Shown: positions 26,224 through 36,041 of the stretch, one piece after another | How the letters are laid out: the number at the start of each line of letters is the position of its first letter | Position numbering within the stretch: the stretch's first letter is position 1 | DNA from: Deltaproteobacteria bacterium | GTDB taxonomy: Bacteria > Myxococcota_A > UBA9160 > PR03 | Assembly (NCBI GenBank): GCA_031396445.1 | Contig: JANNKU010000028.1 | Span: forward strand, 20,651-84,650 | DNA length: 64,000 nucleotides | Direction of reading: 5' to 3' | Notes under the pieces: generated by a model | What the model was told of the DNA's origin: nothing | Database searches by the model: none | The model's input: the letters and a program-made list of their open reading frames with translations, nothing else | Position numbers and translations under genes: made by a program

Positions 26224-27072
26224 ATGCGGCTAACGGCGGTCGCGATCCTGTTCTCGATGGCCGCGCTGGCTTCGGTCGGATGCACGCAACAACAAGATCG
26301 CGCGCCGAAGCCTGCGACGTCCATCGCACCCCGCGGCATCGCGAGCGTCGACGGATCCACCATCGACGCATCCGAGTTGGCGTCCGGCAAGGACGAGCCG
26401 CGCCGTGATCCGAAGCGTCAACTCGACGTCGCGATCGCGCGCAAGCTCGCGACCGCCGAAGCTCGGTTTCGGAATCTCACCGAGCGTTCCGACGTCGCGG
26501 CGAAACTCGACGCGATCCGCCGCAACGCCGTGCGAGCCGAAGAAGAAGCGCTGCGCGACGCGCTCTTCGCATCCGTCCGCGACGCGGTCGCGCTCACCGA
26601 CGAAGATCTGCGCGCGCACTACGAGAAGACGAAGCTCCGCTTTGCCGAACGCCAGTGGCGTTTCCTGCGCCAACGCTTCGCATCCGAAGCGGAAGCGCGT
26701 GCAGCGGATGCGAAGCTCGGCGCAGACGGGCGACTCGATGCCGCGCACGCCGAGGCGATCGGCCCCGCTGCCGCAGCGGAGGTCGCAACGGCGACGAGCC
26801 CCGAAGTGCTGCGGCTCCAGCAACCCGGCGAGCGCGCCACCGTCGCGCACGACGGCGGCTACCAACTCGTCGAGCTGGTCGAGATCCTGCCCGCGGAATC
26901 AAAGCCGTTCGAAGCCGTGCGCCCGCAGGTCGAAGCGAGTCTTCGCACGCTGCGCGCGCAGGCGGCGTTCCGAGCGGAGATCGAGCGGCTGCGTGCGAGT
27001 GCGAAGATCGAGGTCGACGGGGACGCGCTCGAAGCGTTGGAGGCGGCCCCGCAGGCGAGCGCCTCGGAGTGA
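26224..27072 (+). CDS. Lipoprotein, SurA/PpiD-like chaperone with a degenerate parvulin-type PPIase domain
   Basis: MRLTAVAILFSMAALASVGC (lipobox-like). EDLRAHYEKTKLRFAE... and a C-terminal ...FRAEIERLRASAKIEVD pattern, as in SurA/PrsA-type proteins. It starts 1 nt after the stop of the upstream gene. Confidence 0.55.
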   Translation: MRLTAVAILFSMAALASVGCTQQQDRAPKPATSIAPRGIASVDGSTIDASELASGKDEPRRDPKRQLDVAIARKLATAEARFRNLTERSDVAAKLDAIRRNAVRAEEEALRDALFASVRDAVALTDEDLRAHYEKTKLRFAERQWRFLRQRFASEAEARAADAKLGADGRLDAAHAEAIGPAAAAEVATATSPEVLRLQQPGERATVAHDGGYQLVELVEILPAESKPFEAVRPQVEASLRTLRAQAAFRAEIERLRASAKIEVDGDALEALEAAPQASASE

Positions 27073-27121
27073 TCGTCAGCCCGGAGTCGCCAGGCGCTCC
27101 GACTCATTGTGGAACGCGACT

Positions 27122-27994
27122 TCAAGCCGCGCGTTCTCTGCTCGCGATGCGCAGCGCGCCGAGTGCGCCCGCGAACTCGCCGTTCGGCAGGAACACCGGA
27201 TCGCGTCCATGGCCGCGCAGGAAGTTTCCGAGCATCTCGGCGAGCGCCGGGTTGGAGCGCAGCGTAGAACCGCCGAACACGATGCGCTGCACCTGTGTCG
27301 CAGCGCTGAGCGCCGTGCAGACGAGCGAGATGTTCTCCGCGATCAGCCCCATGATCGCGTGCGCGACGTCGGCGCGTTCGATCGCTTCGCCGTCGCGCAG
27401 GCGCCGCGCGTACTTTCCGAAGTTCGCCGCGGTGAGATCGCCCGCGAGGTGGATGCCGCCAGCCGGGTAGATGTCGGAGACGAGCAGATCGATGGACTTG
27501 CGGGAGCCGTTCTGCGCAAGTGCCGCGATCGCGTCGAAGTCGCTGATGCCGAGCAATCCCGCGGCGAGACCGAGCAACGTGCCGCCACCGAGAGCCGTGC
27601 CGCCGATGCGTGTCACCGACGCGCCATCGACCAGCAGGATCGACGTGCCGGTGCCGACCGATACGAGCAGGTAGCGAGCGACGCCTACTTCATCGCGTTC
27701 GGCGAGCAATGCGGCGGCGCCCGCGCCCCACGCCGCGAACTCGTTCACCTGCACCAACTCGCCGGGCAATGCGCGCGCCAGCATCGTCGCGCCGCCGCCC
27801 GTGAGGCCCACGCGCGCCGCTCCGATGGCGACGAGCGCGGCGCGACTTGTGTCCGCGTCCTCGGTTGGAAGCAACCGGAACTCGACCTCGCCCTCCGGCG
27901 TACGGACGGCGAGCTTCGCCAACGTCGCGCCCCAATCGACGCCGATCGCCACGTTGGGAGAGTTGGTTGCGCGTTGCAGCGTCGCGGTTCCCAT
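27122..27994 (-). CDS. coaW: Type II pantothenate kinase (CoaW-like, ASKHA fold)
   Basis: Frame of track ORF 27122..28081, started at ATG 27994. Motifs match staphylococcal CoaW: IGVDWGATLAK, SVGTGTSI, GGTALGGGTLLGL, IDLLVSDIY, GDLTAANFG, NGEFAGALGAL. Confidence 0.8.
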   Translation of the reverse strand: MGTATLQRATNSPNVAIGVDWGATLAKLAVRTPEGEVEFRLLPTEDADTSRAALVAIGAARVGLTGGGATMLARALPGELVQVNEFAAWGAGAAALLAERDEVGVARYLLVSVGTGTSILLVDGASVTRIGGTALGGGTLLGLAAGLLGISDFDAIAALAQNGSRKSIDLLVSDIYPAGGIHLAGDLTAANFGKYARRLRDGEAIERADVAHAIMGLIAENISLVCTALSAATQVQRIVFGGSTLRSNPALAEMLGNFLRGHGRDPVFLPNGEFAGALGALRIASRERAA

Positions 27995-28038
27995 GGCCCG
28001 AGTCGGGTGATAGCCTTGGCGATCCAACAGGTTGGCCG

Positions 28039-29820
28039 ATGTATACCGCGTTCTTCGGGCTCCGCGAAAAGCCCTTTGCACTGAGCCCCGACCCGCGCTT
28101 CCTCTATTTGTCGGAGGCGCATCGCGAAGCGCTTGCCCATCTGTTGTACGGCATCGAGCAGGGCGAGGGCTTCATCGCCGTCACCGGCGAAGTCGGTACC
28201 GGCAAGACGACGCTCTGCCGCACGCTGCTGCGACGACTCGGCGGTGAAGTCGAAGTCGCGTTCCTCTTCAACCCGAAATTGTCCGCGCGCGAGTTGCTCG
28301 AGTCGATCCTGGTCGAGCTCGGCGCGGAGAAGTCGCGCACTCCGGGCCAGCAGAGCGCTCGCGAGTTGGTCGATGCGCTGAACCACTTCCTGCTCGAGAA
28401 GCACGCGGCCGGCAAGCGCGTGTTGCTGATCGTCGATGAAGCGCAGGGTCTGTTGCCCGAGACGCTCGAGCAGATCCGCTTGCTCTCCAATCTCGAGACC
28501 GAGAGCTCCAAGCTGATCCAGATCCTGCTGCTCGGGCAGCCGGAACTCGACGTGATGCTCGAGTCGCCCGAGTTGCGCCAACTGCGCCAACGCATCGGCG
28601 TGCGCTGGCGACTCGCGCCGCTCTCGCGCGACGAGACGTCCAACTACGTTCGCCATCGGCTGCGCGTTTCCGCCGACGCGGAACGCGATCATGTGTTCAG
28701 CGATGGCGCGCTCGGCGAAGTCTTCCGCTTCTCGGGCGGCATCCCGCGGCTGGTGAATCTCGTCTGCGATCGCGCGCTGTTGGCGGCCTATGGCGATGGC
28801 GCACCGCAGATCGGCGCCGACGTCGTGAAACATGCTGCCGTCGAGTTGCGCGGCGACAACGGCGCGGCGCAGCAGCGCTCCACGTCTGCGTGGCCGGCGC
28901 TCGCCGCGATGACGCTCGCCGCCGCGGTGGCCTTGCTCTTCGCGTTCGGCGGCCCGCGCGAGGTTGGCGAGCGACTCGGCATCATCCCGCGCGCGCCGGC
29001 GCCGATCGCAGCAGCGGTCGAGCTCGCGACTACACCGGAGGCGGTCGCCGACGCGACCCCCGATGTCGCGACGGCGCCACCCGCGAGCGCGTTGATCGCG
29101 GATTCCGCCACCACGCCCGCAGCACCTCCTGTCGAGGTGCCAGCCGTGCCGCGCGTCGACGACCTCGCTCACGCGCTCGCGCTGCGCTCGCCGGGCGCGA
29201 CGGTCGCGTCGTCGTATGCGGCGATTCTGCGCGCATGGTCAGAGCCGGCCACTGATCCAGCGCCGGATCTGCTCTCGTTCCCGGAACTCATCGGTGAACT
29301 CGATGTCCGTGGCCTCGCGGTGTTCACGTTCTCCGCGCCCGATCTCGAGGTGCTGCGCGTGCTCGATCATCCGGTGCTGCTCGGCATCGATGCGTCCGAC
29401 GGCGTGCGCCGCGTCGTTGCGCTGCGTCACTTGAGCGACGGCGAAGCCGAACTCGACGGCGTCATCGCGTCGGGTCCGGTGCGCGTGTCGATCGACGAAT
29501 TGATGAACGCGTGGCTCGGCGACGCCCATCTGGTGTGGCGCGACTTCGAGCCGCTGCCCGAGTTGATGCGCGCCGGTGACGCGGGCGATGACGTGGCGTG
29601 GTTGCAACAAGCACTGACCGATGCGGGCTTCTCGCCTGGCTCCGCGTCGGGACACTTCGATGCGGCAACCGAAGAGGCCGTGCGCGCATTCCAGGAAGAT
29701 CGCCGTCTCGACGTCGATGGCGCCGTCGGGCCGCTCACCAAGATGGCGCTCTATCGCGCGTCGGGTCGCTACGCGGTGCCGCACGTCGCGCTCGCCGCGC
29801 GCGTCGGAGACGCCGGATGA
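28039..29820 (+). CDS. ExeA/GspA-like AAA ATPase with C-terminal peptidoglycan-binding domain
   Basis: Started at ATG 28039. N-terminus: MYTAFFGLREKPFALSPDPRFLYLSEAHREALAHLLYGI. Walker A GEVGTGKTT, Walker B LLIVDEAQ, LLGQPEL. PG_binding_1-like tail: VAWLQQALTDAGFSPGSASGHFDAATEEAVRAFQEDRRLDVDGAVGPLT. Confidence 0.9.
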   Translation: MYTAFFGLREKPFALSPDPRFLYLSEAHREALAHLLYGIEQGEGFIAVTGEVGTGKTTLCRTLLRRLGGEVEVAFLFNPKLSARELLESILVELGAEKSRTPGQQSARELVDALNHFLLEKHAAGKRVLLIVDEAQGLLPETLEQIRLLSNLETESSKLIQILLLGQPELDVMLESPELRQLRQRIGVRWRLAPLSRDETSNYVRHRLRVSADAERDHVFSDGALGEVFRFSGGIPRLVNLVCDRALLAAYGDGAPQIGADVVKHAAVELRGDNGAAQQRSTSAWPALAAMTLAAAVALLFAFGGPREVGERLGIIPRAPAPIAAAVELATTPEAVADATPDVATAPPASALIADSATTPAAPPVEVPAVPRVDDLAHALALRSPGATVASSYAAILRAWSEPATDPAPDLLSFPELIGELDVRGLAVFTFSAPDLEVLRVLDHPVLLGIDASDGVRRVVALRHLSDGEAELDGVIASGPVRVSIDELMNAWLGDAHLVWRDFEPLPELMRAGDAGDDVAWLQQALTDAGFSPGSASGHFDAATEEAVRAFQEDRRLDVDGAVGPLTKMALYRASGRYAVPHVALAARVGDAG

Positions 29821-30578
29821 GCACGATCCTAAAAGCACTTCGACGGCTCGAAGAGCAGAAGTCCAGCGCAACGCCGCGCCCGCTGCGCGACGAAGTGGTG
29901 CTGGTGCCCGCGCGACGGCGTTCCCGCAACGGTGTCGTCGTCGCATTGGTCGCAGCGTTCGCGTTTGCGGTGTTGGGCGGTGCGCTGGTGTGGCTGCTCG
30001 ATCGCGCGCCCGGCACGACCGAGGCGCCCATCGCAGCGATCGCGCCCGCGATCGATGTCGCGGCGCCGCCCGCGAGCGCGCCGATCGCTGCCGAGCAGCA
30101 CGAGCGCACGAGCGAGGTGACGGTTGCAGCGCCCGATCCGATCGCGACGGCCACGCAGGCGCCCACCGTGCCGATTCCGACCGCGCCACCGGACTTCGCG
30201 ATCGTGCGTCCGCGCACGGAAACACGCATTGCGCCGGCCGCGTCTGCCGCTGAACCCGAAGTCGAGGAGTACGACGAGGTCGCCGTCGCTCGCCCGAGCG
30301 CCGCGCCGCGCTTGCCCGATACCGAGCGCGGATTCGTGGACGAGTCGATTCCAGCGGCGCGCGTCACGCGCCCGCGATCCCCCGTTCGTGTCGAGCGCAC
30401 GCAGTGGCACCCGAGCCCCGAGCGCCGCATCGCGTGGGTCGAAGTCGAAGGCGTGACGGCGCTGCGCGAAGTGCGCGAAGGCGAGCGCATCGGCTCGTAC
30501 ACCGTGCGCGAGATCGAACCCGCCGCCGTGTTGTTCGCCGACGGCAGCGTGGAGCTCCGGACCGAAGTCGGCCGATAG
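29817..30578 (+). CDS. GspB/ExeB-like bitopic membrane protein
   Basis: ATGA overlap with the exeA-like stop. N-terminus MSTILKALRRLEEQK resembles the GspB hallmark MSYILDALRK.E. One TM (VVVALVAAFAFAVLGGALVWLL). C-terminus: RIAWVEVEGVTALREVREGERIGSYTVREIEPAAVLF. Confidence 0.8.
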   Translation: MSTILKALRRLEEQKSSATPRPLRDEVVLVPARRRSRNGVVVALVAAFAFAVLGGALVWLLDRAPGTTEAPIAAIAPAIDVAAPPASAPIAAEQHERTSEVTVAAPDPIATATQAPTVPIPTAPPDFAIVRPRTETRIAPAASAAEPEVEEYDEVAVARPSAAPRLPDTERGFVDESIPAARVTRPRSPVRVERTQWHPSPERRIAWVEVEGVTALREVREGERIGSYTVREIEPAAVLFADGSVELRTEVGR

Positions 30579-30640
30579 GCTGCGCGCCCGTTCGATCGGC
30601 GCGCCGAACGCGAACTCTGAAGCCAAGCGGGAGAGCTCTC

Positions 30641-31993
30641 ATGCATCGAGCGGTCGCTGTCGCTGCGTTTGCCTTCGGATTGTTGCTCGCGGGATCGGCT
30701 TCGGCGCAGGGCGTGTGGAGTGATGGATCGCCGTCGCGACTCGAACACCGTTGTGTGCTCGGCATCGATCTCGTGGACACGATCGAAGATCTGGCGTGGA
30801 CGTGGGTCGGCTTCTTTGGATTGCCGCAGGTAGGGCAGGTCTACTACGCGCGCATCGCCGTCGGCGGTGTCGGCTGCAGCGGCGCCTGGGGAATCCCCGA
30901 GGTGAAGCTGCCGCGCGGAACCAGCTTCGCGATCACGCAGCAGAATCCCGTGCGTTGTTATCTGCGGGGCGCGAATCAGTCGGCGCCGGTTCAATTGACG
31001 GATGGTTCGTGTCCGCCCGCGCCGTTCTTCGGGCTCTATCCCGACTCGAACTCTTCGTTTCCCAACCCCGGTGGCAGCCCCTACTCCAATCAATTCTTTT
31101 CGTTCCCGCCGGTGACGCAGCCCTACTGGCCGCTGCCCCCCGGCGCGATCTTGACGATCGAGTTCCCGCTCGTGTCGAGTCAATCGCTCTCCGGTTTCGC
31201 GAGCAACGACTATCTGCTCGGCGCGGCAAACGTGCTCGACAACAATCCCGGCGGGCCGACTCTGCAATGGGACGGACACCCATCCTTCTACGCGGGCTCG
31301 GGAATTCCGTCGAGCGGCGCGTGGCAGGGTGTCTTCGTCACGCAGGGTCCGTACTCCGGGCCGCGCATCGTCTACCCGGAGCCGTCCACGCAGAACGTCA
31401 CGCAGACGACGGGGAACACGCTCGTTCATGTCTACAACACATCGTGTCTGAGCCAGAACAGCGTCGGCTTCGAGATCTTTCCGGCAGACAACGGAGTGCC
31501 GGACAACACTGTGTTCGTGGGCGGCTCTTGCACGACGCTCGGTGATGGCGGCTCCAGTTGCTACGCGAGTTGGAGCGGCTTCGACGCCGACACGCTCTAC
31601 AAGTGGCGCGCGTACTTCCTGCCCGGAACGCTGAACGCCTGCACCAACGTCGTCGAGGACGCCAACTTCAAGTTCTTCCAGACGCCGCCGCTGCCGGGCG
31701 CGCTTCGCTACACGCTGCTCGCGACGGCGGACGGCGACGGCTCCATCTCGCTGCAGCCCGCGGGCGGATCGTATGCGGCGAACACGGCGGTCACGGCGAC
31801 AGCGGTGCCCGCGCAAGGCGCGTCGTTCGTGCGCTGGCGCTTCAACGGCGGGAGCACCGCCACCACGAACCCGGTCGGTGTCACGATGAATCAGTCGCGC
31901 ACGCTCGTCGCGGAGTTCGCGCCCGAGGCGGGTGCGATGCTGCAATTCGTCGCGGCGATTGCGACGCTCGCTGCGGTCGCGCGGCGGCGCTGA
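30641..31993 (+). CDS. Secreted protein with InlB-B-repeat-like domain and PEP-CTERM-like C-terminal anchor (EFAPEA-TM-RRR)
   Basis: ATG 30641. Signal peptide MHRAVAVAAFAFGLLLAGSASA. The protein ends ...LVAEFAPEAGAMLQFVAAIATLAAVARRR*. Confidence 0.75.
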   Translation: MHRAVAVAAFAFGLLLAGSASAQGVWSDGSPSRLEHRCVLGIDLVDTIEDLAWTWVGFFGLPQVGQVYYARIAVGGVGCSGAWGIPEVKLPRGTSFAITQQNPVRCYLRGANQSAPVQLTDGSCPPAPFFGLYPDSNSSFPNPGGSPYSNQFFSFPPVTQPYWPLPPGAILTIEFPLVSSQSLSGFASNDYLLGAANVLDNNPGGPTLQWDGHPSFYAGSGIPSSGAWQGVFVTQGPYSGPRIVYPEPSTQNVTQTTGNTLVHVYNTSCLSQNSVGFEIFPADNGVPDNTVFVGGSCTTLGDGGSSCYASWSGFDADTLYKWRAYFLPGTLNACTNVVEDANFKFFQTPPLPGALRYTLLATADGDGSISLQPAGGSYAANTAVTATAVPAQGASFVRWRFNGGSTATTNPVGVTMNQSRTLVAEFAPEAGAMLQFVAAIATLAAVARRR

Positions 31994-32006
31994 CGCGTGA
32001 GCCGTT

Positions 32007-33461
32007 CTACGCCTCGACGTCGCGGTGCAGGCGGCGCAATGCCCACAGCGACAGCGGCGCCACCATCACGACTGCGACGCCAGCGGACCAGGCCGCCAGC
32101 GCGGGGCCCATCGACACGCCCGAGAGCAGCCGCGGCAAACCCGCCGCAAGCAGGCCGAGCACGAGGCCGAACGCGCTGAAGGCGAGATCGCTGCGCAGGA
32201 TGTGCACGCCGTGGCCGGCGAGCTGCCAGACGGCGAGCAAGTAGGTGGCGATCGCCGAAGCTGCGGCGCCGAGAATCAAGCCCGGCAGACCGCCGAGCCA
32301 GAACCCCGCCAGACAGCCGAGCGTCGTTGAGACGGCCTTGAATGCGGTGGTGACCGCCCAGCTTCGGGAATCGCCGACCGCGAGCAGGGCGCTGCCACTC
32401 ATGTCGCACAAATACGAGAACCAGACGCCGAGCATCGAGAGCTGGGCGATCCAACCGGCGTCGTGATAACGCGCGTCGTAGAGACCATCGAAGAGCACCG
32501 GGGCGAGTGCCACGGCGGCGACGGTGCCGGCGAGTGCGGCGGGCAGGATGTTGTTCCGCACGCGACCGATCACGCGCGGCAGCGCCTCCGGGCCGGAGCG
32601 CAGTGCAGTCGAGAAGGTCGGCAGCACGATCAGCCGGTTTACCTGCGCCAAGACTTCGCGCACGACGTTCGAGAGCATCACGGCAATGCTGTACACGCCG
32701 ACGACGTCTACCGGAACCAGCAACGCGACCAGCGCCAGATCGATGCGGAACGCGATGAAGTTGAAGGTCGTGCTGAGCGAGACCCAGCGCCCGAACTCGA
32801 ACATCTCGCGCACCGCAGCGCGATCCCAGCCGAAGCGATCGCGACGGCCGGGGATCGCCACGTGACTCGCGATCGCGCGCAACAGCGATGCGAAGAGTCC
32901 GCCGACTACCAGAGCCCATACGCTCCGCTTCCAATACGCGATCGCGACGATCGCGACGACCGACGCCACTTGCGTGCCGATCTCGATCATGACGATGCGG
33001 CCCGGAAGAATCTTGCGAGCGAGCGTGATCAGCTTCGTCGAGGAGACGCCGAACAACACCGCGCTGAAGCTCGCGACCGGAACCAGCTTGATGAGTTCGG
33101 GCTCTCCGTAGAGATGCGCCATCGGCACGGCCAGCGCGGTCCCGATGATCCAGAGCGCGAAGCCGCGCAGCACCTGCACGGTGAAGGCGGTGTCGAGGAA
33201 GCGGGGTTCGTCGCCGCGCTCGTGGCGGATGATCGCCGCCGCGAGGCCGACGTCCGAAACCGACTGCAGCGTCCACATCAGCAGGTTCACCAGCGCCATC
33301 AGACCGAAGGCTTCCGGGAAGAGCAGACGGGCGAGCACCAGGTTCGAGCCGAGGCGCAGGACCTGCGAGACAACCTGGCCGGCGATGCTGGTGATCGTGC
33401 CGCTCGCCATGCGGCTACTGAGCGCTTTGCGCTCGGTAGCGGCGTCGGCGTGTTCACTCAT
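32007..33461 (-). CDS. Wzx-type oligosaccharide flippase (MOP superfamily polysaccharide biosynthesis protein)
   Basis: 484-aa ORF, polytopic with about 12-14 TM helices. The N-terminus SGTITSIAGQVVSQVLRLGSNLVLARLL is typical of Wzx/RfbX proteins. Confidence 0.8.
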   Translation of the reverse strand: MSEHADAATERKALSSRMASGTITSIAGQVVSQVLRLGSNLVLARLLFPEAFGLMALVNLLMWTLQSVSDVGLAAAIIRHERGDEPRFLDTAFTVQVLRGFALWIIGTALAVPMAHLYGEPELIKLVPVASFSAVLFGVSSTKLITLARKILPGRIVMIEIGTQVASVVAIVAIAYWKRSVWALVVGGLFASLLRAIASHVAIPGRRDRFGWDRAAVREMFEFGRWVSLSTTFNFIAFRIDLALVALLVPVDVVGVYSIAVMLSNVVREVLAQVNRLIVLPTFSTALRSGPEALPRVIGRVRNNILPAALAGTVAAVALAPVLFDGLYDARYHDAGWIAQLSMLGVWFSYLCDMSGSALLAVGDSRSWAVTTAFKAVSTTLGCLAGFWLGGLPGLILGAAASAIATYLLAVWQLAGHGVHILRSDLAFSAFGLVLGLLAAGLPRLLSGVSMGPALAAWSAGVAVVMVAPLSLWALRRLHRDVEA

Positions 33462-33739
33462 GCGGGAGGCAACCTAGTAGTGGCGCGAGATCGCTGCCAT
33501 TTCGCGTCGCTGCGAGCGGCGCGGCGGGGACCCGTTGCCTACCGTGCCGCCGATTTCGAGCCGACCCGCTCAAGCCCCCCAGGAGGAGCCTCCGAAGGGT
33601 TCTCGTGGGCACCCCCAACCTCTCCTCATTTTTCGCAATGTCTCTGCTCGCGCCGTCGGCGCTGGCTGGCTCCCGGATTCTTGGCGCGCCGATGCTGGCC
33701 TCTGCGCGCTCGGTGCTCGGTCACCCGAGGTAAGCGGTA

Positions 33740-34639
33740 GTGAAGCAGCGCTACGTGGTCGTGACGCCCGCTCGCGACGAGGAGCGAACCATCGAGCTGA
33801 CCATGCGCTCGATGCTGGCGCAGACGATCCCGCCGCTGCGCTGGGTGATCGTCGATGACGGCTCCACCGACGGGACGCGCGAGCTCCTCGCGCGCCACAG
33901 CGCGAGCGCGCCGTGGATCGAAGTCGCCCAGCGCGGCGATCGCGGCTTTCGTGCTCTCGGTGGCGGCGTGATCGACGCGTTCAACGAGGGATTCGCGCGG
34001 GTTCGCGAGCTGCCCTTCGACTTCGTCGTGAAGCTCGACGCGGATCTGTCGTTCGAGCCGACGTACTTCGAGAATCTTCTGCGGCGCTTCGACGCGGATC
34101 CGAAGCTGGGCATGGCGAGCGGCAAGACCTTCCTCGTCGAGGATGGCGTGCGGAAGATCGAGTGGTGTCCGGACGAGCACGTGCGCGGCCCGGCGAAGAT
34201 GTATCGCCGCGAATGCTTCGAAGCGATCGGCGGTCTCGAAGCGCGGCGCGGCTGGGACATGATCGACGAGACACGCGCCCAGATGCTCGGCTGGACCACG
34301 CGCTCCTTCCTCTCAGAGCCACTGATCCATCACCGCCCGATCGACGGTAGACAAGCCAACGCATTGCGGAGTCGCTTCGAGATGGGCGCGCTCTACCACT
34401 TCCTTGGCTACCACTGGCTCTACCTGTTGGTGCGGAGCATGCGCAGCGCGGTGCAGGATTTTCCGCGCGGGACCGGCGGCGTTGCGCTGCTGCTCGGTTA
34501 CCTGCGCGCCGCGCTGCGCCGCACGCCGCGCTTCGACGCCGACTACGTCGCGTGGGTGCGCAAGCAGCAGCTCGCGCGCTTCAACCTGAGCCACTTGCGC
34601 GGCTATTTGAGCGCCACGCGAGATCGTCGCGATGCCTGA
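33740..34639 (+). CDS. Family 2 glycosyltransferase
   Basis: GTG start. VVVTPARDEERTI...VIVDDGSTDGT...VKLDADL (DxD-type) and a C-terminal membrane-associated segment. First gene of a translationally coupled five-gene operon. Confidence 0.85.
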   Translation: MKQRYVVVTPARDEERTIELTMRSMLAQTIPPLRWVIVDDGSTDGTRELLARHSASAPWIEVAQRGDRGFRALGGGVIDAFNEGFARVRELPFDFVVKLDADLSFEPTYFENLLRRFDADPKLGMASGKTFLVEDGVRKIEWCPDEHVRGPAKMYRRECFEAIGGLEARRGWDMIDETRAQMLGWTTRSFLSEPLIHHRPIDGRQANALRSRFEMGALYHFLGYHWLYLLVRSMRSAVQDFPRGTGGVALLLGYLRAALRRTPRFDADYVAWVRKQQLARFNLSHLRGYLSATRDRRDA

Positions 34640-36041
34640 GCGCGAGCGCAGCCACGGCGGCATCGCGCTGCGTGTGATCTCGCTCGTGATCGCGGCACTG
34701 CTCGGCTACGCGGCGCTGACCGATCGCGCGTGGCTCGGCGGGGATCCGGGAATCGGCGGTGTCGAAGCGGTGGCGCTCGGTGTCGCGGTGCTGCTCGCAG
34801 CGAGTGCGTTGCTGCGCCAGAGCTGGAACGGCGCGGTGCTGGCGATCGTGATTTCGACCGGCGCGACGCTGCTGCTGGCCGAAGTGGTGGCGCGCCCGCT
34901 GCTCGGTGCGCGCTACATGACACCGTTTCGGCTCGATGAACGCCGGCTCTACACACCCGTGCCGGGTGCGCGTCGCGAGTATCATCGGCCGGCCGCCAAC
35001 GGTGGCGACCGGATCGATTACGCGTTCAACGGGGACGCGTTTCGCGGCGCGCCGCTCGCGCGTCCCAAGTCCTCGCTGCGCGTCGTCGTCTATGGCGATT
35101 CGTTCATCCAGGCCGAGTACTCGAGCCTCGAGAACACCTTCACGGAGCAACTCGGCCGCGCTCTCGCCGCGAAGCTCGGGGTTGCGGTCGAAGCGGTGAA
35201 TGCCGGCGTCGCTGGCTACGGGCCCGATCAGAGTCTGCGCCGCATGCAGGACGAGCTCGGCTGGCTCGAGCCCGATCTGGTCGTCGTGTCGATCTACGGC
35301 GGCAACGACTTCGGCGATCTGGCGCGGAACAAGCTCTATCGGCTCGGGCCGGACGACGCGTTGGTCGAGAATGCCTTCACGCTCGACGACGATTTGCGGC
35401 TGCGCATGGAACTCGCGCGCCAGGAACCGGTGCTGCGCCGCGCGCTGCGCGAAGGCGTTCGCACCTTCCGCGCGATGCGCGCGCCTGCTCCCGTGGCGGA
35501 CGCGAAAGCGCGCGAGCAAAAAATCGATCGCTATCTGCGCCAGTCCGTCGCAGAGTACCAGGAGTTCGCCGAGCAGAACAACGACGTCGTTCATGAGCTG
35601 CTGTCGGATCCGTACAACGCGGATGTCACGCTGCTGCCCGAGAGCGACTCGGCGCGCTACAAGGTGCGGATGATGGCTGCGGTGATGAAAGAGATGGCGG
35701 CGCTCGCCGACGCGCACCACCTGCCGTTGCTCTTCGTCTTCATCCCGCATGCGATCGACGCGACGGGGCAGCACGCGAGCGGCGTCGTCGACGTCGCACG
35801 CTACCCGGAATACCACCCGAGTCGCGCGACCGACACGCTGGTCTCGATCGCGCAAAAACTCGGGCGCGCGCACGTCGATCTCTTTGCGCCGTTCCGCGCG
35901 CGCGGCGCCGATGCGCTCTATTTCCAGGATGTGGACGATCACTGGAACGACGCCGGCCAGGCCTACGCTGCGCACCTCGCTGCGGATGCGATCGTCGCCG
36001 GCGCGCTGCTGCCGCCCGCTGCTGCCGGGACGAGTCGATGA
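34632..36041 (+). CDS. Membrane-anchored SGNH/GDSL-fold hydrolase or O-acyltransferase (AlgX/AlgJ-like motifs)
   Basis: N-terminal TM helices. Block I VVVYGDSF. Catalytic DxxH block FQDVDDHWNDAG (the DxHW motif seen in polysaccharide O-acetyl-transfer proteins). 8-nt overlap with the GT2 gene. Confidence 0.7.
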   Translation: MPERERSHGGIALRVISLVIAALLGYAALTDRAWLGGDPGIGGVEAVALGVAVLLAASALLRQSWNGAVLAIVISTGATLLLAEVVARPLLGARYMTPFRLDERRLYTPVPGARREYHRPAANGGDRIDYAFNGDAFRGAPLARPKSSLRVVVYGDSFIQAEYSSLENTFTEQLGRALAAKLGVAVEAVNAGVAGYGPDQSLRRMQDELGWLEPDLVVVSIYGGNDFGDLARNKLYRLGPDDALVENAFTLDDDLRLRMELARQEPVLRRALREGVRTFRAMRAPAPVADAKAREQKIDRYLRQSVAEYQEFAEQNNDVVHELLSDPYNADVTLLPESDSARYKVRMMAAVMKEMAALADAHHLPLLFVFIPHAIDATGQHASGVVDVARYPEYHPSRATDTLVSIAQKLGRAHVDLFAPFRARGADALYFQDVDDHWNDAGQAYAAHLAADAIVAGALLPPAAAGTSR

